Source: Octopus vulgaris (lineage: Eukaryota). Taken from it: a stretch of 64,000 nt of DNA. A model generated the notes under the pieces. That model was given only the letters and a program-made list of their open reading frames with translations. It had not been told where the DNA came from and did no database searches. The DNA lies in assembly GCA_951406725.2 (NCBI GenBank), contig OX597826.1:57412001-57476000 (forward strand), read 5' to 3'. Positions 53,560-64,000 of the stretch are shown here, piece by piece; the stretch's first letter is position 1; each line of letters begins with the position of its first letter. The position numbers and the translations under genes are program-made.

Positions 53560-54190
53560 GCATTGATGTGAAAGTATTACCAAACCAAATTTAGGAATAT
53601 GTTGCTAAGTAAAAGGTGTTACGTCCATTGATGCCATGCTCAGAAGTAAGCTGGCCGATATGTTTAAGAAAGCACAACATAAAATGAAAAGTAACATCCA
53701 AGTAGTGGGGAAAAAATAGATACTCTAACAAGTCACTATTGTATACAAAATGCCCATTTCAGAAAATAAGAAACAAAAACATGTAGTGGCAACAATTTCC
53801 AAGTGTGCACAATGAACCACAGATAAATTGCAAAACAAAGAATTTACTGTGCCAAATGTAATGTATAAGAGAGCAGGATAGGGGTACCATGACATACTAT
53901 ACAGTAGAAATATCCTGTAGTATAGGTGTAAGAATCAGGGAACACTGGCAAGAATACAATAAAATAAGCGGATGTTTATAGTCTACCAGCATGCCATACA
54001 AAATACACAGGATCGACAAGCAATGTTGAAATGATAATTTCCCTTATATCTAAAAAGTCTAACCTTGCAATATGTCACTGAGTCTATACACATTCTGGAA
54101 GGAGATTCTGATCCACACTATCCTCTAGTAGAAAGAACAAATGTTTAACAACTCCAGGATCATAACTTCACTAATGTGAGAATGGGGGTA
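53560..54190 (+). mobile_element. Decayed Penelope-like GIY-YIG endonuclease fragment
   Basis: Echoes in the expected order: KFRNMLLSK, SGNNFQV, INCKTKNL, IGVRIREHW. Many stops and frameshifts. Confidence 0.45.
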
Positions 54191-55964
54191 CAATATGATT
54201 CATGTAATCTAAAGGGGACCACCACATACACATACATGCACATATACCTATAAACAACACAGACTCACATACACACACCCTACAAATATACACACACGGT
54301 TATGTTGATACCAATAAACAAATCAGATTAAAATGAAAAATAAGAAAAGATACAATGACATCGCATTCGGTGCATAAACATAGAGATGATACTTCTGACA
54401 ACATAAAACAATAGCAAAAGTAGTGTTGGCAGTAGCAATAGTAGTAGTCAATTCTAAAGTAATAGACAAGAGACTAGTACTACATTTCCATTTTTTCTTC
54501 TTGCATTTCTATTAGTGTTATTCTGCAAAGAGTACTTCTTACTGTCACCACAATGGTTGATACTTTTAATGTCCAAACACTCAAGTATCTTATGTGTTTA
54601 GGAAGAGAAGAATGACAAGAGATATAAGTTGTCCCATCAGAAACAATTGTCAAAACTTGCTTTAACCACACTGTACTGTTTTAAAATGACCAATCACAAC
54701 TGGAATGCTTTTGGTAATAGGTCTGCTTGATCAGGTCTGACCTAAAAGGAAACTACGACTAAATTTGATAGATTTAACTTGCACTAAAAAAAAAAAGGGA
54801 AAAATTCTACTCTTTCCCTAAACATAACTCATTCTGTTTACCATTCATATTTTTTATATTTGTTCTGTTTGTTCTTAGTAGCAAGATTAAGTTTATATCC
54901 TTTAAATAAAATATCTCTTTATCAAACATTACATCCTTTAGTAAACAATTTGGTTATATCTGATCCATGTAATACCTGTTTATTATATAGGGACTAGTTG
55001 CATTCATTCTAACATGAGCAAGCACCAAATGAATCACTTAAAATTCCTCAATCTTCCATTGTTGAAAGGGTTATACAAGATTTAGGATTAACACTTAGTT
55101 TTTGTTGATATTATCAACAATAATGATTAGCAATTCCTTGAGTGATTTAGTCATTAAACTTAATATCCTGCCGGTGTAGAATCTCATAGGCTTAAATTAT
55201 TAGTTTAGCTTGACCTTCAAACTAATTCTCTGAGGACTTGGAAGAACATTTAAAAAAATAACATATTAGTTCCAAAATACAAAACATTTGACATGAATGC
55301 TGCCATATTTACATAATTCTTTTAAGAGTTGATATTTAATTTTAGACAAAAATGACTAAGATTTCAAGCCAGTGAAGCCCAAACAATGATGGGGAAAAAA
55401 AGAAAAATGAATTCTTCTCATAAAAATAACTTCTAATAGAAATTCATAAATAAAAGATTTACTAAAATGTAGCAAAAAATATAGCAAGAAGAAATCTAAA
55501 TCCTTATTTTCTTGAAAAAATTCAAAATATTTAATAAAGGAAAAATTAAGAACAAAAAGAAAAATGAGTTAGCAGACATAAATGATATCATTCCTAACCG
55601 AAGAAATGAAATCTGCCAACATATTAAATTTCATAAATTTCTATCTGTACTGAACTGAAGAAATAATTGAAACAAGGGATCAACTCGAGGATAGTGTTAA
55701 CAATAAATCAATGGAAATCTTTATATTTGCTTTTAGTTTTCAATAATTGTTAGTTTTCTAAAAGATAAATAGAAATGTTGACCCAGAGAATTGATATTTG
55801 AAGACAAATGCATGGAAGAACACTGCAACATTGCATTTTTTTCCCCTTACTCTATGGTTAAATTTATCAACAGAAGGATATATTAATTCTTCTGGACAAT
55901 TCTGTCTGCATCTCCCAACTATGTGTGTATGCGTGTGTGTGTATTTCTATCATTTCAATTTCTG

Positions 55965-56140
55965 CCTTCCAGCATTTGCTTCAACATTTTATATGTAAGT
56001 TCAAATCCCACCATGGTCAACTTGGCCTTTCTTCCCAACAGGTTCAATGTAACGAAGCACCAGTGTAATGCTAGACTTAATCTACTTGAGTAAACCCACC
56101 TCTCAAAACTGTGGGTCTTGTACCTAAATTACAATCATTA
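55965..56140 (+). mobile_element. Old family B-type SINE
   Basis: agttcaaatcccaccatggtcaacttggcctttc...agcaccag...gtcttgtacctaaatt. Confidence 0.6.
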
Positions 56141-56151
56141 TCATTCACAAT

Positions 56152-56356
56152 AATCCTTTCTACAATAGGTACAAGGGCTGAAATTTGGGGAGTGGGGTAA
56201 GTCACATCAACCCCAGTTCTAAACTGATACTTATTTTATCAACCCCTAAATGGATGAAAGGTAAAGTTGACCTCAGTGGGACTTGAACTCAGAACGTAAA
56301 GCAGGAAGAAATGCACTAAGTAGTTTGTCTGTTACGCTAATGATTCTGCCAGTTCA
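56152..56356 (-). mobile_element. Family B SINE, tail-to-tail with the preceding copy
   Basis: ggatgaaaggtaaagttgacctcagtgggacttgaactcagaacgtaaag...tgattctgccag. Confidence 0.85.
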
Positions 56357-56899
56357 ATTTCTTCAGTTAGCTGCAGGCATTTGAAGAAATACAAAAATGT
56401 GAAACTCTCACTGTGGATTTACAAAGGAAAGTGGAATCTGAAAGCCAAGTTTACAGATACACTAAGTGAACATGATGAGAACATTATATAATATATGAAT
56501 GAAAGGATGCATTAAGATTTTAACACTACAAGTATATGCATAGAAATAAATTTTTAGAAATACAATAAAATGTGCAGTAATTAAAATTGAAATAAAATAT
56601 GAGTTTGGATACTCCATGACCCTGCCTATTACAATTGAGTACAGGTAAGTATTTTTCAAGTGGATCGGTAAGTATTTTTCAAGACATAGTTTTGAAAAAC
56701 TCTTCTTTGGGTTATGTTCTCTTACATTCATACTGATGGCTTAATTTTCATTTTTACTAATAATCTGTTTTTTCGCATGTTGCTTATATTCTGAACTTAA
56801 CTGTTTTGTATGGTATTTGACCTCCCTAGGAAAGTTTGTGGTACCATGAATAATTTTGTCCCTTAATTGTTTGATTTTCAATGGATAGCAAACCTTATT

Positions 56900-57850
56900 T
56901 CTACATCTTTTTTTATTTTTTTCCTTAGTTCTTAAGGTAGAATACCATGGTTGTTTTTAAGAAATTGTTCCTCCTCATGTTTTTCTTGGTTTATGTTACC
57001 TCTTCCATTTTTTTTTTTTTTTTTTTCCTTTTCATGTTTTCTCCAATAGTTAATTGGTTGTCAACTAGTTAATTATTTCTTCCTTATTACACAAGTTTTC
57101 AAATCTGTTTCTATTAATGGGTATAAAGGGAGTTCTCTAGCTACCTTCAGTGTTTGGGCTGATAATATTCTGCAAACTGGGGTCTATTGGTCATTTTGCT
57201 ATTTCAGATAATCTTCATTATTTTCAATTCTCTCCCCATTCCTCACTCCTTCCACCATTATTTCTTCAAGGTACCCAGCTCTGAGGTGATTTGTAGTACA
57301 ACAAATGTAGCAACTAGGCTTTTCTCTGTATCATCAAGCTTAGGCAATTTATCTTGACACCTTCTACTATACACAATTCCAGTAAGGGTTCATGGCCTTT
57401 GGGGTGTTTAGAACTTGGAAGTCCATGTTACTGCCTTTTGGCTATATGTCATTTTTCCTTAACCCTACTTTAATTACTAACCCACAATGTCAAACAAACC
57501 ACGGATCTATGTTCTTTCCCATGTACTGTGGCACAAATGTCTACCCAGAGGTTTGTTTGTGCTTTGGTTTAGTCTTTATAGGCTTAAAAGTAAAGCAGAA
57601 AGTGCCACAACTTTTGATTTTTCAGCTGGAAAGATTTCTTCCGATATGTCTTGAAGAGCTTGTTGTACTACTTGACATGAAGGTAGATTTATTCCAATTC
57701 TATCCTTTCAGAAGTAAAAGTATATAATTATTCTCTTTGCTTTCTCTTTAACTACTGTGGCAAAGTGATGCTTTCATAGGAACTGAGATAGGCCTAAAAA
57801 TTCTGTTTGTTCAGTTTGTATCAAAGGAAGATTCCCTCTGATACAAATAC
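56900..57850 (-). mobile_element. Decayed LINE ORF1 (gag-like) with degenerate CCHC zinc knuckle
   Basis: Minus strand near 57330-57260 gives REKPSCYICCTTNHLRAGY (CX2CX4HX4C with the last Cys lost). Boundaries are approximate. Confidence 0.45.
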
Positions 57851-58260
57851 TGTACAAAGTGATTATAGGGTTCAACTACATAGTTACTATCTTTGAAATT
57901 ACTTGTTTGAGTGTTGGGAATATTTTTATTTTAATCTATTGTTCACTAAACTGTAACCTATCTTTTTTTCTTTATCATACATTGAGTTTTACATTTCGAT
58001 TTTGTCCTGCTTTTTCTTTTCTTTTCTTTTTATTTGCTGATGCAGTGTTCAGTCATATGGTATATACATGCTTTGGTAGCTATTTCTGAAGTGAATATGT
58101 AACATCTGTAAATAAATATATTTTTAAAGTTTGTAAAAATAAACTTAATTTTTGTTGTCTACTCCCCAGGTATTGAAGGCAGGCATCTACTAATCCTTTC
58201 ATTTGATACTGCACAAATAAATCATGTTCCAAAGAGAAAAGAAAAGCCATATCTTCACAC

Positions 58261-58261
<1 letters not shown>

Positions 58262-58308
<47 letters not shown>

Positions 58309-58467
58309 TTACGAAGACTTACATATCTCTTCAGGAAGGTAAATGCATAATGTAAGAAGAGTGTAATATGATATGTAGTAAATACATTTCAACTCAATAA
58401 ACAGAGTCACTCTTTACTTATTACATATCATATCACACTCTTCTTATAGTGTAAAAATAATAATAAC

Positions 58468-58520
<53 letters not shown>

Positions 58521-58533
58521 TAATATTAATAAT

Positions 58534-58589
<56 letters not shown>

Positions 58590-58592
58590 TAA
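58262..58592. repeat. Two (AAT)n arrays (58262-58307 and 58455-58592)
   Basis: Direct reading. Confidence 0.95.
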
Positions 58593-58597
58593 TATCA

Positions 58598-58680
58598 TAG
58601 TTTCTAATTTAGGCACAAGGGCAACAGTTTCAGTGGGGAAGGGGAATAAGCAATACCAATAGCCCCCCAATACTTGGTTC
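58598..58680 (-). mobile_element. Family B SINE 3' fragment
   Basis: gtttctaatttaggcacaaggg matches family B tails. Confidence 0.55.
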
Positions 58681-58720
58681 GTAATGGATCTTTGCATTAA
58701 TACTGGACTGATAACGGATC

Positions 58721-59006
58721 TTGTGGACAATGAGGAGAGTGAACGTGATACCAATAGTAATTGGTGTGCTTGGATGTATCAGCACTGAACTACAAGCATG
58801 GCTCAAAAAGACTGAGACAAATGTAAAGATAGAACATCAGCAAAAATCATCATTGCTTGGAACTGCAAGAGTTCTCTGCAGGGTTCTTGAAGCATGATCG
58901 GTAAACAAGTGTCACCTTAGTCTGCTAACTGTGGGTGGTTGACACTTCCCACCGTACTCAGTAAAATAAACTGTGAATTTTCGTCAAATAATAACGACAA
59001 TAATAA
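58721..59006 (+). mobile_element. 3' fragment of R4/Dong-type RLE non-LTR retrotransposon
   Basis: 58721-58897 translates LWTMRRVNVIPIVIGVLGCISTELQAWLKKTETNVKIEHQQKSSLLGTARVLCRVLEA*, matching the C-terminal V.P.VIG.LG...QK..LLGTA.ILR.VL signature. A short 3'UTR ends in aataataat. Confidence 0.85.
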
Positions 59007-59629
59007 TTTTCTTTTTTATTCAACATTGACTTTGTTCAGATCCTTGAATGAAGATGATATTCTTTCCTTTTATTAACGGAAACTAAATTACTTTAAATCC
59101 ATTTGTTATATGCAAGTAAATGAATCATTTACAAGAATACACAGTACACTTAGAAAAATTCAGACATTATCTGCAGACTCTTGTTGACAGAAAAAGTATT
59201 TCAAGTGGCCCTTAACAATTGTTCGCAATGTCACGGTCACTGATATCGATCACAAATAGAGAAAAATCATACAATATTTGTTAGGAAGCAATATAATACT
59301 TTCTCTATTTTCGTATTTCTCATTAACTGAAGGCAGTGAAGAGTGAAGAGGTGGGCCCATAGACATGTAACCCTGAGGGTGACGAAACAAAAATTCATTT
59401 CAAATTCATTGCTTCGTTGCAAGTGTAAACAGGAAAAAAGCAAGAAATAGATTCTACAGAAGCCAATTTTGAGATAAAAAGACTTTGGTGGGGGTATCGC
59501 CAAACTAAAAATAACATCAAAATTGAAAACATCATGAAGCTTATCGAAGAAAGAAGAAAACTTTGATAGATAGAAATTTTTTTTTTTTTAATGTCAACTT
59601 TAATTACATCCTTTGGTACATTTAGCAAA

Positions 59630-59630
<1 letters not shown>

Positions 59631-59684
<54 letters not shown>

Positions 59685-59686
59685 TG

Positions 59687-59728
<42 letters not shown>

Positions 59729-59740
59729 GTAATAATGATA
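59631..59740. repeat. (AAT)n microsatellite
   Basis: Direct reading. Confidence 0.95.
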
Positions 59741-60224
59741 ACAGCTGTGGGAGTAGGGGCAATGGTTTTAATGGCAGCTATAGAAGTGGTGAGACAAAAT
59801 TTAATAAATTTTCACAACACTGAGGAATTTTATTTTATTTTTTGTATATGAAGGAGAAGAAAAAAGCAAAGAAAAGATGGAGATGAATTTTCTTGATATT
59901 AAAAGTAGCTTAGGCATTTTCACAAAGAGAAAGGTGTTTCTTTGGGGTTTTTTTTTTTTTTTGCCCAGATTAGCCAAGGCGACAGTATTAAAAAAACAAA
60001 AACAAACTCAGTTTTATTACATTTATACATTATGTAATATTTAAGTAAGAGATTCTAGAGTTTGTAAGAATATTCCAATGAAAGAAATGAAAAATATTTT
60101 CAATTCCAGTTTACAGATATCTAATTCAAAAGACAAAAGATTTAATGCGGCTAGATTTAGAATAATGATATGAATATATATACAGATGTATGATGTGCAT
60201 ATACAAAAAATATATATATATATA

Positions 60225-60309
60225 TATATATGACTTGATAAAACAACATACATAAATGCATGTATATGTGTGTATGTGTGTGTGTGTATATATATATACA
60301 CACACACAC

Positions 60310-60388
<79 letters not shown>

Positions 60389-60458
60389 TATATATATACA
60401 CACACACATACACATATATACATGCATTTATGTATGTTGTTCTATCAAGTCATATATA
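60225..60458. repeat. Fold-back inverted repeat around a TA/CA microsatellite
   Basis: 60231-60262 and 60421-60452 are reverse complements (31/32); the arms extend into the microsatellite to about 70 bp. Confidence 0.95.
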
Positions 60459-60769
60459 AAAATAATTTAGCATTAAACTAAAGGGTTACTATACTTTTTA
60501 GTAGAGAACATGTTTATTAGCTTGTTGCAAGAAAAAGATCTGTATTGTTAAGTCTTGTATTATGAAGGAAAAAATTGACAAAATGCATACAGCAAAACTA
60601 CTATGAGAAGTGGAAAATCCAGTGTTTCAGACAGATCTTTCTTCAGTGAAGAATTTGGCAGAACGGAAATAAAAGAAAGACCTGGTGAGAAAGGTAGAAG
60701 TGACCATTGTACACAGTCAGTACAATGGCTAGCCATGATTTCGCAGAAGGTAACAAATGAATAACACCA

Positions 60770-61030
60770 TTTGTATGACAGTGACATTTGTGCACAACCA
60801 ACATGCAATTTACAAGGCAAGGGATTTGAACACACTAACAGCACACACACATATATATACACTCATATATATCACAAGCTTCTTTCAATTCCTGTTGAAC
60901 AAATCCATTCACAAGGTTTTGGTCAGCCCAGAGCTACAAAACAAGAAGACACTTCTCTAGGGAGATGTACAATAGGACTTAACCCAAAACCATACGATAG
61001 CTAAATGAAATTTAACCACACAGCCACCCT
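60770..61030 (-). mobile_element. Old family A-headed SINE
   Basis: aagcttctttcaattcc...aaatccattcacaaggttttggtcagccc...gaagacact...aaccacacagccac. Confidence 0.75.
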
Positions 61031-61292
61031 AATACATAGAGTGATACATATATGCAAACACACACACACATATATATATATAGATAGATTTTAAATAACA
61101 ATATTATGCTAAAAGTTAGTTAAGAATAACACTGGAATAATTACTGATATATTTACTGATGGACATTTAACTGCTATTTCTTGTAGTACAAGCAAAAGCA
61201 GTGTGTTCTTATAGCATATCTACTTATTTTCTTGGTGAACTATACATCTTACTACACATGTACAAATACATTCATATATATATATACATACA

Positions 61293-61358
<66 letters not shown>

Positions 61359-63474
61359 GCATACACATGCACATACATACGTGCGCGCACAATTAAGATC
61401 ATATTAAGCCCACAAAGCTAATACTGGTACAAGTTGGTATGCACTAAGTTGGATTTAAAAGTGAAAAGTCTTTTTACTGCAATTCCTATAGTGTATATGT
61501 CAAAGAACCTAGTTTTGAAGATATACTGAGATTTTATACTATCTATTATTCCAAGTGATCACTGCTAACATTTAAAAGCAAACTATAAAATGTAGATTTG
61601 CCCTGAACCCAAAATACCATGGATATAATAAAAGGCTTTTGTCAAGTGAACATATTGAAGAAATCTTGTTATGAAACATAAAATGTCATTTAAACAAATG
61701 ATTGATTTTATGAGCACAAACGCAAGTGCTCCACATTTATATTAAGAGCCTAACACTGCCAATCAATTGGTTATAAGTAGCTCAATATATTGATTTTGGA
61801 AGAGGAAACACATTATTTCATTGATGTCAGGGAGAGAGAAACCAAACACATGATTATGCTAGATTTTGTATCAAATTACACTGCTGGTGTAGCTCAATGT
61901 CTAAAAAGTTCATGGATAGCATAGGCATATATGTTACTTGAGGAAACTTTATGTTTGAAACTATGTCTTTATTATTTTTTTTATTCATTTTTTTTTTGCT
62001 TTTGTTTATTTTATTTTATTTTTTTTAATTTGTCAATGACATAAGATGCTGCTCTGATCCCTACAAGCACTTACAAGTTCATTTATGAATAAACACATTA
62101 GAGGGGATAAAAATATTAATGCCATGATTTTCTATTCAGCTTGTCAAAACCAAAGATCATAGGATAATTGAATAAAATGAAACCGAAACAACAAACTAAG
62201 TTTGTTTTTATATACAGCCCAGATCACACCACACAACACATTTTAACATAATGCCAAGTATATAAACCAAAGATATGTCAAGCCAATATGATAGTCTCTA
62301 CATAGTTGCTTCACCTGCCAGAAATATCAAATAGCATCCTACCAGAGAGGTGGCAATAGATAATGTAGCCTGTTGAACACTGTTCCTAGGTGAGAAAAAG
62401 AATGGGATGGTTGCATCTGGTATATCTGATCATAGATCACCTCAAATAAGAGGGATTTAAGACTGAACAACAAGAACCAAAGATATATGGAAATTGATTT
62501 CTTTGGGCTGGGGAAATTTATTTATATAAAGGAGAGGGTATAACTTCTTGAATGAATGAACTCCAGTATATCGCTGATACAACCATATAAAAAAAATTCT
62601 ATACAGATAAAAGAGAGAGAGAGAGAGAGCAGAAGTTTTAATTAGTAGGTTCTTTATAGCAAAGTTCAAAGGAAGAAATACAGAAGTACTGGCAGGAAGA
62701 GGCCACTTGATGAGGGGTTTAAAATATTTCTGAACACCTTATGTTTGCATGCAGAGACTAATTTGTAGAGTCTAATGAGCAATTACAGTTCTCATATGAT
62801 TCTGAAGTATAAAGTTGGCAAGGTTTATTGCAAATGTAAAGCTTAATAGATTTCAAAGTTTTACAATTGATGTTAAAGGATGTGTTGGTTGCGTTTTTGC
62901 AATACAAAACCTGCTCCAATTTGTTTAGACATGAACTCACCGAGAAGCATTTGATCGAGCATACAAAATGTTCAGTAGGTTGTCGACACCCATAGCTAAC
63001 AGTTGCATACTGTCCTTCTCTTCCAAAATTGTGAAAGCTTACCATAAAGTTTAATCTAAATACAGTGAAATTTTAAGACTTCGTTTTTTTATGGGCATAT
63101 ATGGGTTAAGGATGAGATATGTGATGATAGTGAAGTTGCTACTAATCTCTAAACACCCTTTTCCAGAATCTTCTCATGAAATGTAACTGTGAAGAACATA
63201 TATTTACCATTTCTTCTTTCATGCTAGGACACTGCATTTCTCTGCAGTGAAGATAAATTATCTGTTAACATGTGCTTTCAGAGTTATGTGTCAAGAGAGG
63301 ATCTTTAGGCATTATATATATATATAATGCCACATTAGCACATGGCATTATATTTAGTTGTGCATATCTATCCTTTCATATGGGAAATTCAAATGTCTAC
63401 TCAAAATTATCTTCCCATTAAAAGAGGTGCTAAATCAACAGTTGCCTGAAATCAGTGACATACCTGTGTGCATG

Positions 63475-63516
<42 letters not shown>

Positions 63517-63520
63517 CATA

Positions 63521-63941
63521 CTCTCTCTTTTACTCTTTACTCTTCTACTTGTTTCAGTCATTTGACTGTGGCCATGCTGAAGCACCGCCTTTAGTCGAGC
63601 AAATCGACCCCAGGACTTATTCTTTGTAAGCCCAGTACTTATTCTATCGGTCTCTTTTGCCGAATCGCTAAGGGACAGAGACGTAGACACACCAGCATCG
63701 GTTGTCAAGCAATGCTAGGGGGACAAACACAGACACACAAACATACACACACATATATGCATATATATATACATATACACGACAGGCTTCTTTCAGTTTC
63801 CGTCTACCAAATCCACTCACAAGGCATTGGTCGGCCCGAGGCTAAAGCAGAAGACATTTGCCCAAGATGCCACGCAGTGGGACTGAACCCGGAACCATGT
63901 GGTTGGTTAGCAAGCTACTTACCACACAGCCACTCCTGCGC
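63521..63941 (-). mobile_element. Full-length young family A SINE
   Basis: Nearly identical to 35487-35899 along its length. Confidence 0.95.
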
Positions 63942-64000
63942 ATGTGCAAGGTTTTTAAATGTTTAAACACTATTTTGTAACATTCCTAACAAATGATTCT

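Noticed and set aside
56644-56683. Tandem duplicated GGTAAGTATTTTTCAAG giving two plus-strand donor motifs
   Set aside because: Simple 23-bp-period local duplication with no matching acceptor or ORF.
62758-63110. Cys-rich 95-aa minus ORF beside a GGGTTAA piggyBac-like end
   Set aside because: No recognisable domain spacing and no matching second terminus.

Overview
Eukaryotic, very AT-rich and microsatellite-dense DNA. The repeat content (tRNA-headed SINEs, RTE, CR1-like, R4/Dong and Penelope remnants, abundant (TA)n, (TG)n, (ATGT)n and (AAT)n) suggests a coleoid cephalopod, probably Octopus; this is inferred from repeat style, not from a database hit. There is no intact protein-coding gene. 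Almost all listed ORFs are microsatellite artefacts, and the few protein-like ones are retroelement or transposon fossils. The window reads best as part of one very long intron of a minus-strand gene. The main observation is a strong minus-strand 3' splice site at 4524/4523 (distant TAACTAAC branch point, 140-nt AG-free zone, pyrimidine tract, CAG). It is followed directly by a consensus GTAAGT donor, with a second donor 72 nt further on, which is the layout of a recursive splice site with an RS-exon. Other notable items: a 155-bp inverted duplication with arms about 10.5 kb apart, several closely spaced inverted SINE pairs and a fold-back palindrome (candidate dsRNA/ADAR substrates), a minimal Penelope-type hammerhead ribozyme motif, and a decayed 24-bp minisatellite interrupted by a SINE with a 5' fold-back. 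Repeat boundaries were set by eye and are approximate unless TSDs are given.
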